A program made the translations under genes and the position numbers. Positions 39,001 through 54,172 of a stretch of DNA of 64,000 nt are shown piece after piece. The notes under the pieces were generated by a model. That model was not told the DNA's origin and did not search any database. It saw only the letters and a list, made by a program, of their open reading frames with translations. The DNA is from Auanema rhodensis (taxonomy: Eukaryota; Animalia; Nematoda). Every line of letters begins with the position of its first letter. Within the stretch, counting starts at the first letter, position 1. The stretch spans positions 7,254,001 through 7,318,000 of the forward strand of contig OZ059898.1 in assembly GCA_964057225.1 (NCBI GenBank). Direction: 5' to 3'.

Positions 39001-40292
39001 AAACTCTAGTGGCCTGTTCTTGAGCTTCATCAGCGGTAAAAGACTTTTTCATATCCTAAAAAACAGATTTTTGAACATATTTAAACAGTAACTAAGTATA
39101 CCTTATAAATTGTAAACTTTTGAAGTAACGCAGCAGAATGAAATAAGCTATTTCCAGCTTTCCAGAAAACAAGTGCAAGCTAAAGTACAACAAAACTTGC
39201 ATAAATGTAACTTATTGGAGGGAAAAACCTTATCATAATAGTTAACATAACTAGCGGGCTTAACAGTTTTCTTATCTTTGTCCTTACTGAGTTGCATCAT
39301 ACCATGAACATCCTCGGCACTTTTGTAAGCTTCTTGCCAAAGTTCCATTTTAATAGCAGTATCCAACTGGTGAAGGCGAGTTTCCTGCATCATGGAAAGC
39401 GATTCAGGGTTATTAAGCTTCACACTAGAAACAGTATTTGAGTATGATACTATTTTATAATTTCTCACGTATGGGGGAGATGTTGTTGCTTTTGGATTTG
39501 ATTGAGATGAAGTCTCAACAACTCGCAAAGCTTTTTAAATTCGGCTCGACGCTGATACTTAGCACAGAATTCGAATGATTGTCTGGTAATTCTGTGATAC
39601 AAGTGTTCAACCTAAACCAAACTTAGAACAAAGTGTTAACAATTTTTTGAAACCTGAGAGTTATTTCTTAACAAATCAAGACAATTTCTATAAGAGTCCC
39701 AGAGGAATCGAAGCCAGGGAGCTAAAACTGTTCTGTCCATCCTATCCTGGGCAGCAGCTCCGGACACAACAGAGAGTAGTAATCTATACAGATCTGATGA
39801 TTAGTTCAGTATTGATAACCTTACGCTTCAGGAATATCTCCTTGATCCAAATCATCAATTTCTTCTACTTTTTCAATTGATGTCTTTTGGGCCTCCTCGG
39901 TTTTTGCTTCAGCTAAGCTCAAAAAATGTTCAATAACAACTTCCAACGATTTTACAGCAATCTAAGAAAACAATATGATTGAGATTCGTGCCCTCTTATT
40001 GTTCACCTGCTGAGTAACGGATTTATAGTGAAATAAAGCATCCTTAGCAACATGCGGTTTTTTTAGAATAACGCAAAGTTCAAGATGCTTTCGCATAATT
40101 TGTTCGTGAACTTGGGTCCATTGTTTGTGACGTCGGGACTGAAAAAAATACAAATCAGCACAACATGACTTAAAGCGAAACCTTAATAGTGTCATGAAGT
40201 GTCTCCAAGGCATCAGCTTCCTTGTCAACTTGAATTAATTCCTGAGCACGCTTCAAAGCTGTCTCGGGCTTTTGGAAAAAATTCGGCGGCAT
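36092..40292 (-). CDS. egl-45: Eukaryotic translation initiation factor 3 subunit A
   Basis: [70 protein letters not shown]; coiled coil; repeat-rich C-terminus ending NNWRRN*. Confidence 0.97.
36162..36371 (-). repeat. 12-bp coding tandem repeat (T/N)MDR in the eIF3a C-terminus
   Basis: About 14 consecutive (T/N)MDR units plus PPMDR variants; open in several frames on both strands. Confidence 0.95.
38716..38886 (-). ncRNA. Candidate structured intronic RNA of unknown class in an eIF3a intron
   Basis: The 209-nt intron (38698-38906) folds into a closed multibranch structure with six stems; G-U pairs favour the sense (minus) strand. Confidence 0.5.
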
Positions 40293-40723
40293 GATTGCCG
40301 ATTTACCTAGAATTTAAAAATCTTGTATAACTAGAAGCATATAATAAAGTTAGATAATTCGACGAGTAAAGTTTCCCAAATAGCAGAAAAATTAAATTGC
40401 AACACTTCTATCCTAATTTGCATAATTTAAATAATACATAATCACATAAATAACAATAATATTAATTTTGATATAAGAAACATCAATGAACAAAATGAAT
40501 TTCATCACGGTCCTTTAATTTCAAATGAAAATCGTGACGAGACCAATTTGTATATAAAACGGTCATCAATGCCTTTAAGTTAAAGCATTGCTTAAATAAA
40601 AAATACATATAAACCGTAAGTTTTAAGTTTTTTACAATATGATATATTAAAAAAAAACAATATGAAAAGAATATTATTTTGCAGTATTATATTATATATT
40701 CGATATTATTTTAAAGAAGTCGC

Positions 40724-43588
40724 ATGGCTAACAATTCTCAAGCACTCCATGAAGGTAATATAAATCTTACATAACAATCTAAACAAAACTTCGTATTAGG
40801 AGTTTCATGTGATGGATGCATGATGGGTAATTTCATTGGAAATCGATATAAATGTCTTCAGTGTTATGATTTTGATTTATGCTATTCTTGCTATCATACA
40901 AATCAGTTTAACAATGAACAGGGGGGAAGTAAGGACATTTTGATTTTGTAGTCTTTAAATATCTTTTAGATCAAAATAATGTGCAACATCGGGAAGATCA
41001 CCCAATGCAGCTAATTTTATCTCAAAGAGATTTTGGTAATAAATAATTATGTATGCATATCTATGTAAAAATTTTCAGAAATTTGTTATGATGGGGATCC
41101 TTCTAAAAGCTATGAAAACTGTAAAATTGCTTCATTCACATGTCCTTGCTGTTGCATGGATGGATTTAGTCATCGAAATTTAGTATCTCATGTTCTTTCA
41201 AATCATAATACCCAAACTTCTGAATCTTTGGTTAGTTGCTAACCTTTTCAGTAATATTCACATAAAATGTTAAAGCTGTGCCCAATATGCCTTAGTTCTC
41301 CCGATTTCGACACTTCTCGTAGTATAACAGATATGCGTACACATATGTCTACTGTACATGGAAAGTAATGCTTTTGATTACGTTTTCTTTAAATATTTTA
41401 AATTTTCTATTTAAGCCTTATTGATACTTCTTATCGAGTACAAGCTGAAGTTACTACTCGTAATGCGAGCAGAAGACCAATGTTAGCTCGCCGTACTCAA
41501 AGAGCTCCTATGGCTCCCGGACGTAATTTTTAAAAATTATATTTACATAATATTTTATATTTAAGATGTTCTTAACCCCGCGAATCCGGGAAACAATACG
41601 GCCATGGGCTGGACAGCTGATATTACTGATGTAGATGAAATGTTCAGATTGGTCTCTAGAGTTCCTACAATGCAGGTTTTATATTTTTTCTAAACTTCTT
41701 TAAAATACTAGCTTCTTTTAACAGACCATTGCAAACTCATTCAACCTAGGAGCTGTCAGTTTGGGTATGAATCAAAGCAATCCTGCGCCTAACACCAATC
41801 TTCAACGAATGGGACAACTCTTTGAGGTTTTTTATCTTGAACGTTTAATATTCAATGAAATTATTTTTTTCAGCAATTTAATCACCAGCAAATTCAGCAA
41901 CAGCAGCAACAACAACAACAACAACAACAACAACAGCAACAAAATGAACAAGCAATCCATAGAAGTGCTGGTCATGGCTTTTTGTCATTGGCTCTCAACT
42001 CTAATACTAGATCTAATAACTATACTATGAGATTAGTGAATGAGTATGCACAACCTCGGCAGCCAAATAATGGACCGCGTACTCATCAAAGTTCAGCTGT
42101 GAGCCCCGTCACTCTGCTGCTGTTGTTATTCTTCCTTTTCAGACTCCTGTTGCCCGAATTGTTCGAGTTCACTCTGTATACCCATCAACTGGATCACAAA
42201 CAACCACAGTTGTCCAGGTTTATAACTCTTTTTTTCATATTTGTTCTTATCATTTTTTAGAATTCTTTGGATGACTTTGAACCCTATGATGATCTAACTG
42301 ATGCAGAAACAGAAACAGGAGAGAATGGAATACCTCCATTAGAGGAAATTAGCACAGATGAAGCTTCACCGCGGTTTTTTTAAAGAAAATAATTTATTCA
42401 CTTTTATTTGACTTGTAGGGAAGAGGATAAACCTATTGCCGTTGTCGAGCATGTTAGAGAAAATAATAGCAAAGAAGAACTAAAAGAAGATTTTGCTTTT
42501 GAAAAAAATGATAAAGAAGATGTTTGTTTATTTATTTATTTCTGAAATTAAATTACTTTAATTATTAGGACTCGAGCGATGAAGAAACATGTCCAACTCT
42601 CTTAACAAAGGGTGTGTTTTCTTGGAACACTGATCTTAAAATCACAAAAGAAAACATTAGGAATTGTATATATATATATTTCTTGATTTGGATGTATATT
42701 TATATTATAGCGCTCAAAGCAAATCTAACAGACGAGGAGTTAAAAACCATTCAAAATGTTTTAAAACAAGACTGTGGTTCAGATTCTGACGTTGAAGAGC
42801 CAGTTGATCTCGGTAGAATGTCCAGGTACTTTTGTATTTTATAACCATTTGATGACAAATTATTAAGTCACAGATTATCTGATCCATTAGATTCTCAAAG
42901 TTGGTTAGCTGTACAGTTCGATGTTCCACCTTTATCAACTTTTGGCACCGGTGGATATTGGCACGACAAAAGATTCTTAAGACATAGGTAGATTACATAG
43001 TATGTTTTACATACTTTTGTCTTTTTAAGGAAAATATACAGAGAGGTTAGTGCGAATGAAAATGTGGAAGATTCTCTTGAAAAAACTGACATAATGCTTG
43101 CTCTGATGAGATCAACAATAGGGGATGAAGGTGGCCAAGGATCATGTAAAGTCTTTAGTAAACCAGGTACGAGTTTAGATTAAATAAATAAATATTAATT
43201 CTGAATTAGATCGATCGATGAGGAAAATTTTACGAGGTCGCTCCAACGCACTCGCGTCTACTCCTTCTCCTGATGGCCATAATGACTTCTCATCTTCTCC
43301 TAATAAAGATGTAATTTTTTTTATAAAGATTATCAATAAAGCTTCATGTTCCAGGATCTTATCGAAGAAGTTTCAAGGAGACTTGAGTCTGGACCTGATT
43401 ATACTGCTCCTAACTATGATTGTATATCTGGTCCTGAGCCCCTTGAGCCTGCTACATATTCAATGTAGGATAGATTTACAGCTAAAGCAAAATAATAAAA
43501 AAATATTTTTTTTAGAGAAGGCGAGTCGTCGGAAGATGATGATGAAAGATCTAGTAGGCAGGATGATGATGAATTTCGAACTTTGTAA
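40724..43588 (+). CDS. KCMF1-like protein (ZZ zinc finger plus Di19-type C2H2 fingers), putative E3 ligase
   Basis: [64 protein letters not shown]; a poly-Q tract near 41890-41940; acidic C-terminal half. Confidence 0.85.
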
Positions 43589-45776
43589 TAGGTATAATAG
43601 TGCTGTAAAAATGCTCGTATTCCGAAGACAATATTCAAAAAAAAACTTGTCTTTGTTTTAAGCTAGTCTTATGGGTAGTGACTACATGAGTCTTTGTAAG
43701 TGCGTTCAATATTTTGTGTTTAATTACGTTGTCGAAGTCAAATAATGCTATAACATTTAATTTTTAATTTGCACATATTACCATAATGTTTTTATATAAA
43801 AAGAAGAAATGAATTAATACTAATGTGTTTGTTATTATTTCTGTAGATTCTTTTTTAAATAGCCAAAACCTTTCGTGATTTTTAAAATTATCTTCAAGCT
43901 TTTCCTCAATGCGGGTGGTGGATATAAACAGACGTTTTGGATTCACCTACAAAGGAAATGAGTGAAATTTATAAATCTCTATCTTCTGACGCCATTTGCC
44001 TATTTTGAGAGAAGCTTTATGAGAAATGCTCTTTGGATTATGATAAGTTTGGAAGACGAGCAACATGATATCAAAAGTGATGTCTGTCCTTTAGCAACAT
44101 GACTCTGTTTTTGATATTTAATTTAATAAACTTCCTATAAACATAGTTTAACCTTTCTTATTCTGTCGTATTATTATGATATTTCTAACTTTTTCAATGA
44201 ATATAGATCTTTTTCTTGTTCTAAAATCATATAATCCCATTTATAATTCAAGACGTCATCGCCATATTAACTACGTATTTTAAAGATTAGCTTTATTGCG
44301 CTATTAATACAACAGTAAATAAACGAACTCCCTGAACGCTCTACTGCCTATCTACAGAAATATTAATTCTCGTCTTAACACCAACCTTTCTAGCTATTCC
44401 CGCCATTTGCATTGTATTTCCTTTTTGTTCTTTTATACTAAACAGATGTGAACCTTTTTGCATTCAGTCGATTATAATTCTTAAAAAAAACCGCGTCAGT
44501 CTTTTCATGTGCTGATCCGCCTCCTTCGTCATCAAACTGACGTAGCTAATAGATGATCAACTCTTATTCGATACGAATTAGTATGTTCAACAAACAATCT
44601 AGTGCACTATGAATAACAACTAATCCAACAGTTTGTGTCTGTCTCAGCAGCGTACTACTACTTGCTCTTACTACAACAGCTATGCTTCATCTTGAAAAAG
44701 TTTAACTATGTCAAATCCATATGAATACCACGCTAAAAAAAGAATAATGAATCGCTATGTCTGTCTGTGTCTGAACCAGCCAGTGTGTGTCTTATCCATT
44801 TTCCCACTGCTAATATTTTTGATCAAGTAGTTTACTCGACCTTTATAAACATAGCTTAGCAACATAAGCTCCGGTTTCTTTTTTTTTCGTCAAAAAATCA
44901 TTTTCTAATTAAGTATTCTATTTTTTATCTAATAAATAGTTTATATGAAATATTGTACCGTAGTACCGAATCATAACATTCATTTGAACTTGGTATTAAA
45001 ATACTTTAATATTATAATATAATTATATTATATAATAACTAATATTATTCATTTCTGTATTATTTGCTGTTATATAATTCTTTTTTCCAATGAATAAAAC
45101 TATACGAAAAATCTGAAAAAGATTCGAATTTTTTAGCTAATGTTGCCTTTTTTCTCGATGAGCATTTTTCCTAATGATGACGATCAACGGCAATACAATG
45201 AGATTTGAGCACATCTTCACCAAAAAAAATATAAATAATAGTTTTATCCAATCTGAATTGATTCAATTTAATACAAATCTATTAAAGAGTTAATCCTATT
45301 TACGCAATATATCTACATGTTCTGGATGAACATATACATATGTATATGTATATTGAAGATGAGCAGTATTTAGTTTCTTTTATAACTTAAGCATTCGAAT
45401 TGAAAAGTTACATATATATAGTTTCTTTCATATGAATTAAAAAAAAATTTTTTTTTGATTATGAAATTAAAAAATATATAATATCGGAAAGGTTAAAGAA
45501 GATTAAATATTAAATTGAACTCTTATGTTTAGGAATCGAATTAATATACATTATTTGTTTTCATTTTTCATTATATTCAATCATATTATAATATCCATTG
45601 TTATTTAGATCTTTTCAAACTTTTATATTTTCTCTGTCACTTGATTTGTATGTGACTTTGAAGCTTAATTTGTCGCGTTATGTGAGAAGAAATGTTGAAG
45701 TTTATATCGTGTTTTCTGTTTTCCTCCTCATATTCAAACTCTTGCTCGTCGTTTACTCTTTTTTATTATTATATTA

Positions 45777-45823
<47 letters not shown>

Positions 45824-46636
45824 CTGTGCCTAGAAAAACTACGAACAGATAAGTTAAATGTATATTTCTTATTGTGAATTATTCAGAAAATATAGGAACT
45901 AATTGATAGTTTATATTTAAACCAATAAGATTATCATTAAAAGAAGCTCAAATCTCTTTCATGTGTCTTAAAGAAGCCTTCAATTCGATTATTTGTAGTT
46001 CTTCTCATGATTTATTCTAGAAAAGCATTATATGATAATATTGCAAAGAATCCATAGCTTTCAGTTTATTAGTTTACTTCAATTGATTTCATACTATAAC
46101 AAGAGATCATCAATTTATCATAATATTTTGATCTATTTCTCTCTTTTTTTTTATTTAAAAGTTGTTTTTTTATCTTTTCATTGATTACATTAACTTGTTA
46201 AATATACAAAAAAATAATAATATATTATATTATATTATAATTTATAACATTATATATATATATATATATAGAGATAGATATACTATATTCATATCTATAT
46301 GTATATACAATATAAATATGTGTGGGAGATTGAGAACATGAGAATGATAATTAGTATGTACAAATATTCATTTGAATATATACGTATTAAGTTAAACATC
46401 AATAAATATGAGGAAGAAGTATTCCGCGATTTTTGATATTATAGATACCACGTAATGATAAAAGATATAAAAAGATTTAAAGGTTTAGAAATTGAAGCAA
46501 TTTGCACATGTATAATCAGCTCAGATTAGCTTGCGTCTATATGAGTTTTAATTATAAGTTAGAACTTTTATTGAAATTATTAACCATAAAGCTTATATAA
46601 TCTTACTTAACACATGTTGCAATGCTTATGAATAAG

Positions 46637-46669
<33 letters not shown>

Positions 46670-48746
46670 ATAAATATATAAATGTACATACATATTTAGT
46701 GTAAATTATAATATTTGAAATATTGAAAGAAATTGTTTTAATTTGATAACATGTTCCAAAATATGTTCAACTTGAACTTTGAGCATTTTTCTTTATATTT
46801 CATTTTATTTATAAAAATAATGAAGTATTCTTATATATATATTTTTTTTTGATTTTAATTTCATTTACTATGTATTTTGAATATATATTCGTATATAAAA
46901 ATACGAAATATACTTTTTTCATCAGAAGCGCTCATTCTAGCAACATCGGCTACTGAATACGATAACTTTTCTGCTAACGACGATTGATAAATTTTTTTTG
47001 AATTCTGTCGTGAATTTCTACAAAATCGAAAAAAATACCTAATTAACTTCCAATTTTCGAAAGTTGAGATATATCAATTGTTAATATATTTGTATTTTGT
47101 TCAATGTTTAATATAATATTATATATTCATCTGTATATATGGTATTTATTTTTCCTCATTTTCATATTTCACAACTGAACATGATAATAGAAATTTTATA
47201 ATACATATATTCAGTTTTAACTAAACATTATAAATATTTTAAATAGTTACCTGATTTAATATCAAAATATAATTTAAATTACTAAGAATGAATAAAAAAA
47301 AGAAAGAAAAGCTCTATATAGATTTTCTGTCCAAAATTATATTCTTGATAATTCTGTGTTTGCCTTGGAATTGCTCTAATTACATTGACTTGTTATCCAT
47401 GTTTATATTCTATAGTCTGATTATAGGTAACACAATCTATATACCAATTTTTAAGAGATAAATTAAAAAAGAAATAGTTATTTTTTCTATTTCATTGATT
47501 AATTTAAAAATTTCTTCTTCTCTAACATTTGTCTAAATGAAAGAAATTGGAGACAATAAGATAATCTAATACTCGTTCGAAAAACAAATTCAGTTAATAG
47601 ATGTCATTCATCTATTTGTGATGTTGTAACTATTTTAATTCTTTTAATCCGATTATGATGACATAAAACGTTTCTTTTCTTTTACTTTTTCTCTATTCAA
47701 ATGTTTTTTTTTTTGAATTTCCTCCTAATTAATAGTATGCTTAACATTTGTTAATTATAATATCATATTATATCCGTCTAATTATTGTTTTATTTTTATT
47801 TAAAAATTTTGTATTTCTTATTCAAAATCTTTTTCTCTAATTCAATTCAGAAGTAAAATTATAGAGTTTAAGATGATTGGTTATAATTTGTTTGAATCTC
47901 ATATAATCTGTGCATATTTCCGAGTTATCATCTCAATTATTTATCAAACTTGCATCATCTATCAATTTCATATTGAATTTCATCTAAATCTTGAATAAAT
48001 TTAACTATTAATGTCTCGTATACATATCATCTTCATATGTATATGTTGTTACTCAATATTTATTTCATTTAAATTTATACTTTAACTACGAATTTGAAGC
48101 ATCTCACCTACTGTTAACTTAGATTTTTGATCTCATTCCAAGAATTTGGCAAGAAAAAAACCAAATTTTTTCCTATTACCATTCATTAAACATCTATTTC
48201 ATCAAAAATAATCTTTTTTTCTCTAAAAAATATAATTTTCTTCATAATGTGATAAACGTTATTATATATCTAATCTAGATCTATCTTCTAGTTAATTTCC
48301 GTTTTGGCAATAGCTCCACTTATAATATTTGCTGAAGTGCGTCATGATTATGGAGGGAGGGAGCTAGATCATCCGATTTAACTCGTACCTGTGGATATAT
48401 GGGTTTCAGGGTCTACCTGGAAACTCCAAAAATCGGTCCGGATATTCTTTGGAATTAGCAATATGTATCCACCCTCACAGCCGGAAATCAATTACATAAT
48501 AAATTTTGCTTTCAAAGTTCATAAGCTGTGAGATTACAATGTCTAAATCTTTGCAGTGGACAGTAAGCACTACGAAAGAGAATCAAAAAAAAACTCATCA
48601 TACATACTTTATGTAATAACGATAATACTAATGAAGATAAAAAAATATAATAAGCTTGCTATTTCTTTCCTTTAAATATAAAAAGTCTTTAATATTAAAT
48701 AGATCATCAATTATATTTATATATCTAAATTTATATAATATATACT

Positions 48747-48777
<31 letters not shown>

Positions 48778-50110
48778 TTATATGAATTTATATGTTATTA
48801 TACATAAATATATATATATTTTTAAATAATTAAATAATTTAAATATTCTATTTATTCATATTTAAAGAATAATATTTAAAATATATTTTGTAATAATCTT
48901 AATTTATTTATTATATTTTTAAAATAAAACAATTTTGTAGATATGATTGTCCATTTATAATAATTAGCATAAATAAGCTCTGTTATGTATTAAAATACAT
49001 ATGTATATATGTTCTTTTACAAATAATATTTATTCTATTTTGTCACATTTATCATGAAATTTATAAAATGAAAGATTTGCAACAAATATCTAATCTTCAA
49101 GTTATTGTTGAGCTTAATCCTAAATTCTCATAAATATTCTTTTATTTTTTTTTGTCCATAGAACTATAATTATATATATTTGATAAAATATTTGAAAATT
49201 TTAGTTTTAAGATTTAATTAAATTAACAGAATCATCTCTCTATACAATATATTGTATGAATATCTATTGAAAATTGATTATAATCAATTAAATATATTCT
49301 TATATTATAACTTATAACTTATATTTTTTTATTTTATGTTCTTTATATATGTATTTATCACGTCATTTTCATTTTGGATTAATTTTGATTCATAAAAATA
49401 CACGCATCTTCTAATAATACGCAGTTAACTTTTTCTTGAGCTTGGCCTCTGATCTGCGTCATCATCTGATTATCCCATTATCATTTTCCTCATCTTTGCT
49501 ATCATGTAGTTGATTTTTCATCAAGAAAAATTTATGTTTCCTTCTTATATCTTCTTTTCTCGGTTTCATTTCATATTCAACCTTGTCTTCATTCGTTCGT
49601 CTTCACTTTTTTTCCTTAAAGATCTTCTCCTTCATTCATGTTTTAAGTATAAATTTATCTTTTGTTTCTCTATAAACATGAATAGTTCAGTTCTTGGTTA
49701 CTATATGTATATTCAAAAATTCTTAACAAGGATAAGAAAACATGTTAATATTCTGATATTACAATTTTATTCTCGATATATTATCTTAAAACAATAAACT
49801 TCATTATTTTAATTAATATTGCAGTTTATTATATATATTTTAGTAATTATTTCAATTATAGCTCCAATAACATCAAATATATTCTTATTTTCACCTGAGG
49901 CAACTGCAAACTGTACCGGAAATCCAGTTGCTGATCAATTGTAATTGAACACAGTTCCTGCTTCCTGGTTCTAAATATCACTGAAACATCCCAACTTTAA
50001 TTGACTTTTCTTAACTGGAATCAGTTTTTGCTGGGTACTATCTCAGCTCGTGCTCATCCTCCACCCACACCTTCAGTTCTTCCTGCTCCGCCCTCACCAG
50101 CATCTGATTG

Positions 50111-52436
50111 ATGTCGTGCTTTGACGTGAATACAACTAGTAGCATCAGTGCAGCTGCTGCGGTAGCTGCAGTAGGGAATTCCACAATTCCGAACTTCGAA
50201 CGTAAGTTGAAACTTAGGATGAAACATTCTTCAACTACTTCTTTCTGCTTATCCTTTTTGGATAACTCATTGTATATTCTTATTATCAAGATTGCAAACT
50301 TCAAGTTTCAGTTGTGTGCGTAATGGATCAGCTGGCTCAATTGTATCCATCATCCACCAATTTCTTCAATTTTCAAATGACTTCTCAGCCTGCTGTGAGT
50401 ATTTTTTCTTCAAATGGGAAATATATATAATCAAAGCCATCTAATGACGTTTATTTTCTTATTATACTTATAATTAAAAAATAAATAATATTATTTATTT
50501 TTAAAATTCTTATATTCATTCGATTAATTTATAATTTTAATATCTATTTAATATCCTTTAATTATATTTGTTTATATACACATAGTTAAGAATTATGTTT
50601 ATGTAGATGGTATATGCTCTTCATTTGAATTTTATTCCTGGAATCAATTGCCATCTCATGACAAACTGCTCGATCTAGCTTCTAGCTTTTCGATTAGTCT
50701 GATTAAAACTTTGTGTTACTTAAGCTCATTCACGAGGGTTTGTACAGCAGCCTGATTCGTTTTATTTTGTTATCAATATGATCTGAGAACATTCGATTTA
50801 ATTAGGATAATATACGATAAATCATTAAAAATTCTTTAAATCTTTATTCTTTCTACTGAAGAACAATTATTATGATTCTTATCCATTTTTTAATTAAATT
50901 TTTTTAACATTAAGAATTATTATTTTATCTCAAGTTTATAAGCTTTATTTCTTTCAAGTATTTTCTTGATGTCATACCTCCCTCTCTAAGCCTCTTATCA
51001 TTTTTGGCTTAAACATCAAAAATTTTCAACAAATTGTTTATGAAATTATTATTCATATCTAATATTAGTAGAATATGAGGCAAATAAAAACCATAAATAT
51101 AACTATAATAATCAGGTTTAAATCTAATTTTTAGTCTCTTTCTCTACCATTGCTGTCTTTTACAACACCGTCTACGATATCATTATCTATACCTCCAGAT
51201 CCAATTAGTGATACAGTATCTCGTTGTTCTGCTGCTTCTCAACTACATCTTGGTAACGTAGGTACGGCTCCAGTTAGTCGTTTAAGTGCCTTAAGTAAGA
51301 TTCATAACCACGAAGGGCATTGTCAACCTGAATACTCTTTTCAGACATTTCTGACTTACTGTCAGCACCCATAAGCATTCAAACATCTTTGAATACAGGA
51401 GTTTCTGGTAGTTTCGTGCCACCTTTGCCTTCTTCAGCAAGTGGCTTACAAGAATCACCATCATCAAGCTCATCAATATCGGGTCAACATCTGTCTCCTG
51501 AACTGATACCCTCTGCGTTACGTCGTAAAAGTGCTCCAGAAACCTTGATACGTACCACAACAGACGTAACTCGTCGCCGGTAAGCATAGAAGAGAATTTG
51601 CATCTCGATCTTCATGTTCTAGATATTCGGATTTCAATGTAGAATCTTTATTGAATCGAGTCACAGATGTTTCACATATTGATCATCGTCGTTGTGTAGG
51701 ACGGAAACAAAGGTGAATTTCAAGTTTTCTTTTTCAAAACTTAAGAAGAAAACTGTTTTCTATTGAAAAATCAATTTAATACCCTTTGAATGAATATTTA
51801 TATGAGAGATGTATAACAAGTAATTTTCAAATATAAAGTTATAAGTACAACTGAATCAAAACAAATTTTTACATCTGAATATATGTAGATTTGATTGTTT
51901 TCAACTAATTATCTTTGAATTTACAATTAAAATTCCATAAACTTTGATAAAATTACAAATATGTGGATTATGATGTCTTTTGATCACTGACCAAAAATTA
52001 TATTCCCATCAAAATTTTTCTTTTTTTTCTGTAAATTTATTCAGGAAATAGAATTAACATGAATATACTTGTTCCATCAAATTAAAAGTCCATATGAAAA
52101 ATATTTAAAAATAAATATTAAAATGAAAATGTTTCTATAATCTTTTTTTCAGAACCATTTATGGTGCAAAACAAACTAAAGTACTAGAAGAAGCATTTAC
52201 AAGCCAGAAGTATATGGTTGGCACAGGTAAGATAATAAGAATAATATTATATTTTACTTTTTCTTCATAAAAATACAAATTAATATAGGAAATTTTAATT
52301 TATAGAACGTGAACTACTAGCATCTCGATTGGGCTTAAGCGAAGCACAAGTACGTGTGTGGTTTCAAAATAGACGAAGCAAACAGCGTAAAATCCTTCGA
52401 ATTGAAGAAGAACGTCAAACCCGTTTGTTATCTTAA
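50111..52436 (+). CDS. ANTP/NK-like homeobox transcription factor, Not/Noto-like, with an eh1-like motif
   Basis: Seven exons splice in frame. Homeodomain RKQRTIYGAKQTKVLEEAFTSQKYMVGTERELLASRLGLSEAQVRVWFQNRRSKQRK; upstream YSDFNVESLL. The start exon is less certain than the homeobox. Confidence 0.85.
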
Positions 52437-53301
52437 TAATAATTAAAATTTTAATTAACAATCTTTAAGATTATTAAACAGCCTTAACATGTAAATAATA
52501 GAAGATAATCTATGTATCATACATACATACATGTATATCCTTTGTGAACGGTTAATGGTTTTGCTTTCAATCCATTTGTAATATTTGAATTGATGAACAA
52601 CACATTATTCGTGATATCAATTTGATTTCCTTTAATCTCTTTTTGGGTCATTCTTTCCAATTTAAATATATTTATATATTTATTTAAATATTATTATTAT
52701 TATATATATATATAGTATTTCTAAAAAAAGATTTAATATTTTGCCACCTGAGAAAAGAATGTTTAAAACCTCATCTTCAATTCAATAATTGATCTCTCAC
52801 ACATAACTATTCATTATAGTATAAATTGCAGAATTTATTATAATTTCAGTTATTATATGTATAATTTTAATAATTAATAAATCTTATGCAAGTTAGGTCT
52901 TATTATTGAAAAAGTTCAGAATATCAATATAAATAGCGATAGTAGCTAAAGTACATTTAGACACAAAAGAAGAAAAAACAAGTTATAAGTTCATTAAGTT
53001 GTTTCTGTTTATATAGAAATATCCGAAAAGTTGTTTGTTTGTTGATAAAAAGGTGAAATATTTCAAATATATGCCTAAGTTTATTCAATAAATGGTAGCT
53101 TGACCAAGTAAATGTTATCAAACTTGATAACATTAATGGTTTGTGGTCAGAATACGAAATGATATCTTTACTACAATATATAAAATATTCTTAATTACAT
53201 CTATACAATATATTCTTATAATACATTCTATTTATGTTTGTTAATTATTATTTATATTTCTATTATTTTATAATTTAAATACATTTCAGATTTGGTTTTT
53301 A

Positions 53302-54172
53302 ATGTATTTCCTCTTAAAAATTCTTTTTATTTTTATTTCCATGTAAGTTTTGATTTCCTCATATATAGTTAATAAACAAGTAAAATAAACTATTTCTTTT
53401 TTAAATAAATAATAGAATATTCATTCTAATTTACAAAACAAAACCAAAAGTTATTCAGATTTCATCACGTTTCTGCTAAAGTGGAATGTTTTCATATCGT
53501 TGGCAAGCTCAAATGTCCTACTTTTCCACAGAAGTCTACTTATGTACAAATAGATTTAATGGATGAAGATCGTAATTTTTTCAATAATTATACTCACTTC
53601 CTAAATATTTTAAATTATATTTTTATTTTCAGCTTTACCATTTGAGATTGATGATACAATGGGGCGGACGTGGTCGGATAAAAATGGAAACTTTAGTAGT
53701 AAGTTTATTTTTCAAATTAAAAAGAAATAAACATTATATATATAAATATATATAAATATATATTAATAAATATTTTATATATAGTAAGTACCTTTAGTAT
53801 CGGGATGTGGCTCAGATTTTGGTCCCATTAATACACCTGATGGATATCTGCGAATATATCATCAATGTCCTCATCGTGTGGGTAAACCGATACCAGGACC
53901 ACTTCAGGTAATATATTTTAAAATATATTAATTATATGAAGAAATAATAGAATTAATTTCTAAAAAAATGTTAAATTTTATTAAATTTATTATATAAAAA
54001 AATGATTTAATTAACAATTTGCATAGATGACTGAATCAAAAAAAGTAAAACTTTTTTTTTTCAGATTGACGTACTTCCTATCTTCATGCCGCGCATCATT
54101 AACATGGGTTCCATTTATTTAGATCGATATGTTGATGATGATGATGAGGAGGAGGAGGAAGAAGACGCTTAA
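53302..54172 (+). CDS. ttr-52: Secreted transthyretin-related protein, TTR-52 orthologue-like
   Basis: Signal peptide; [78 protein letters not shown], closely resembling C. elegans TTR-52 as I recall it. Confidence 0.88.
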
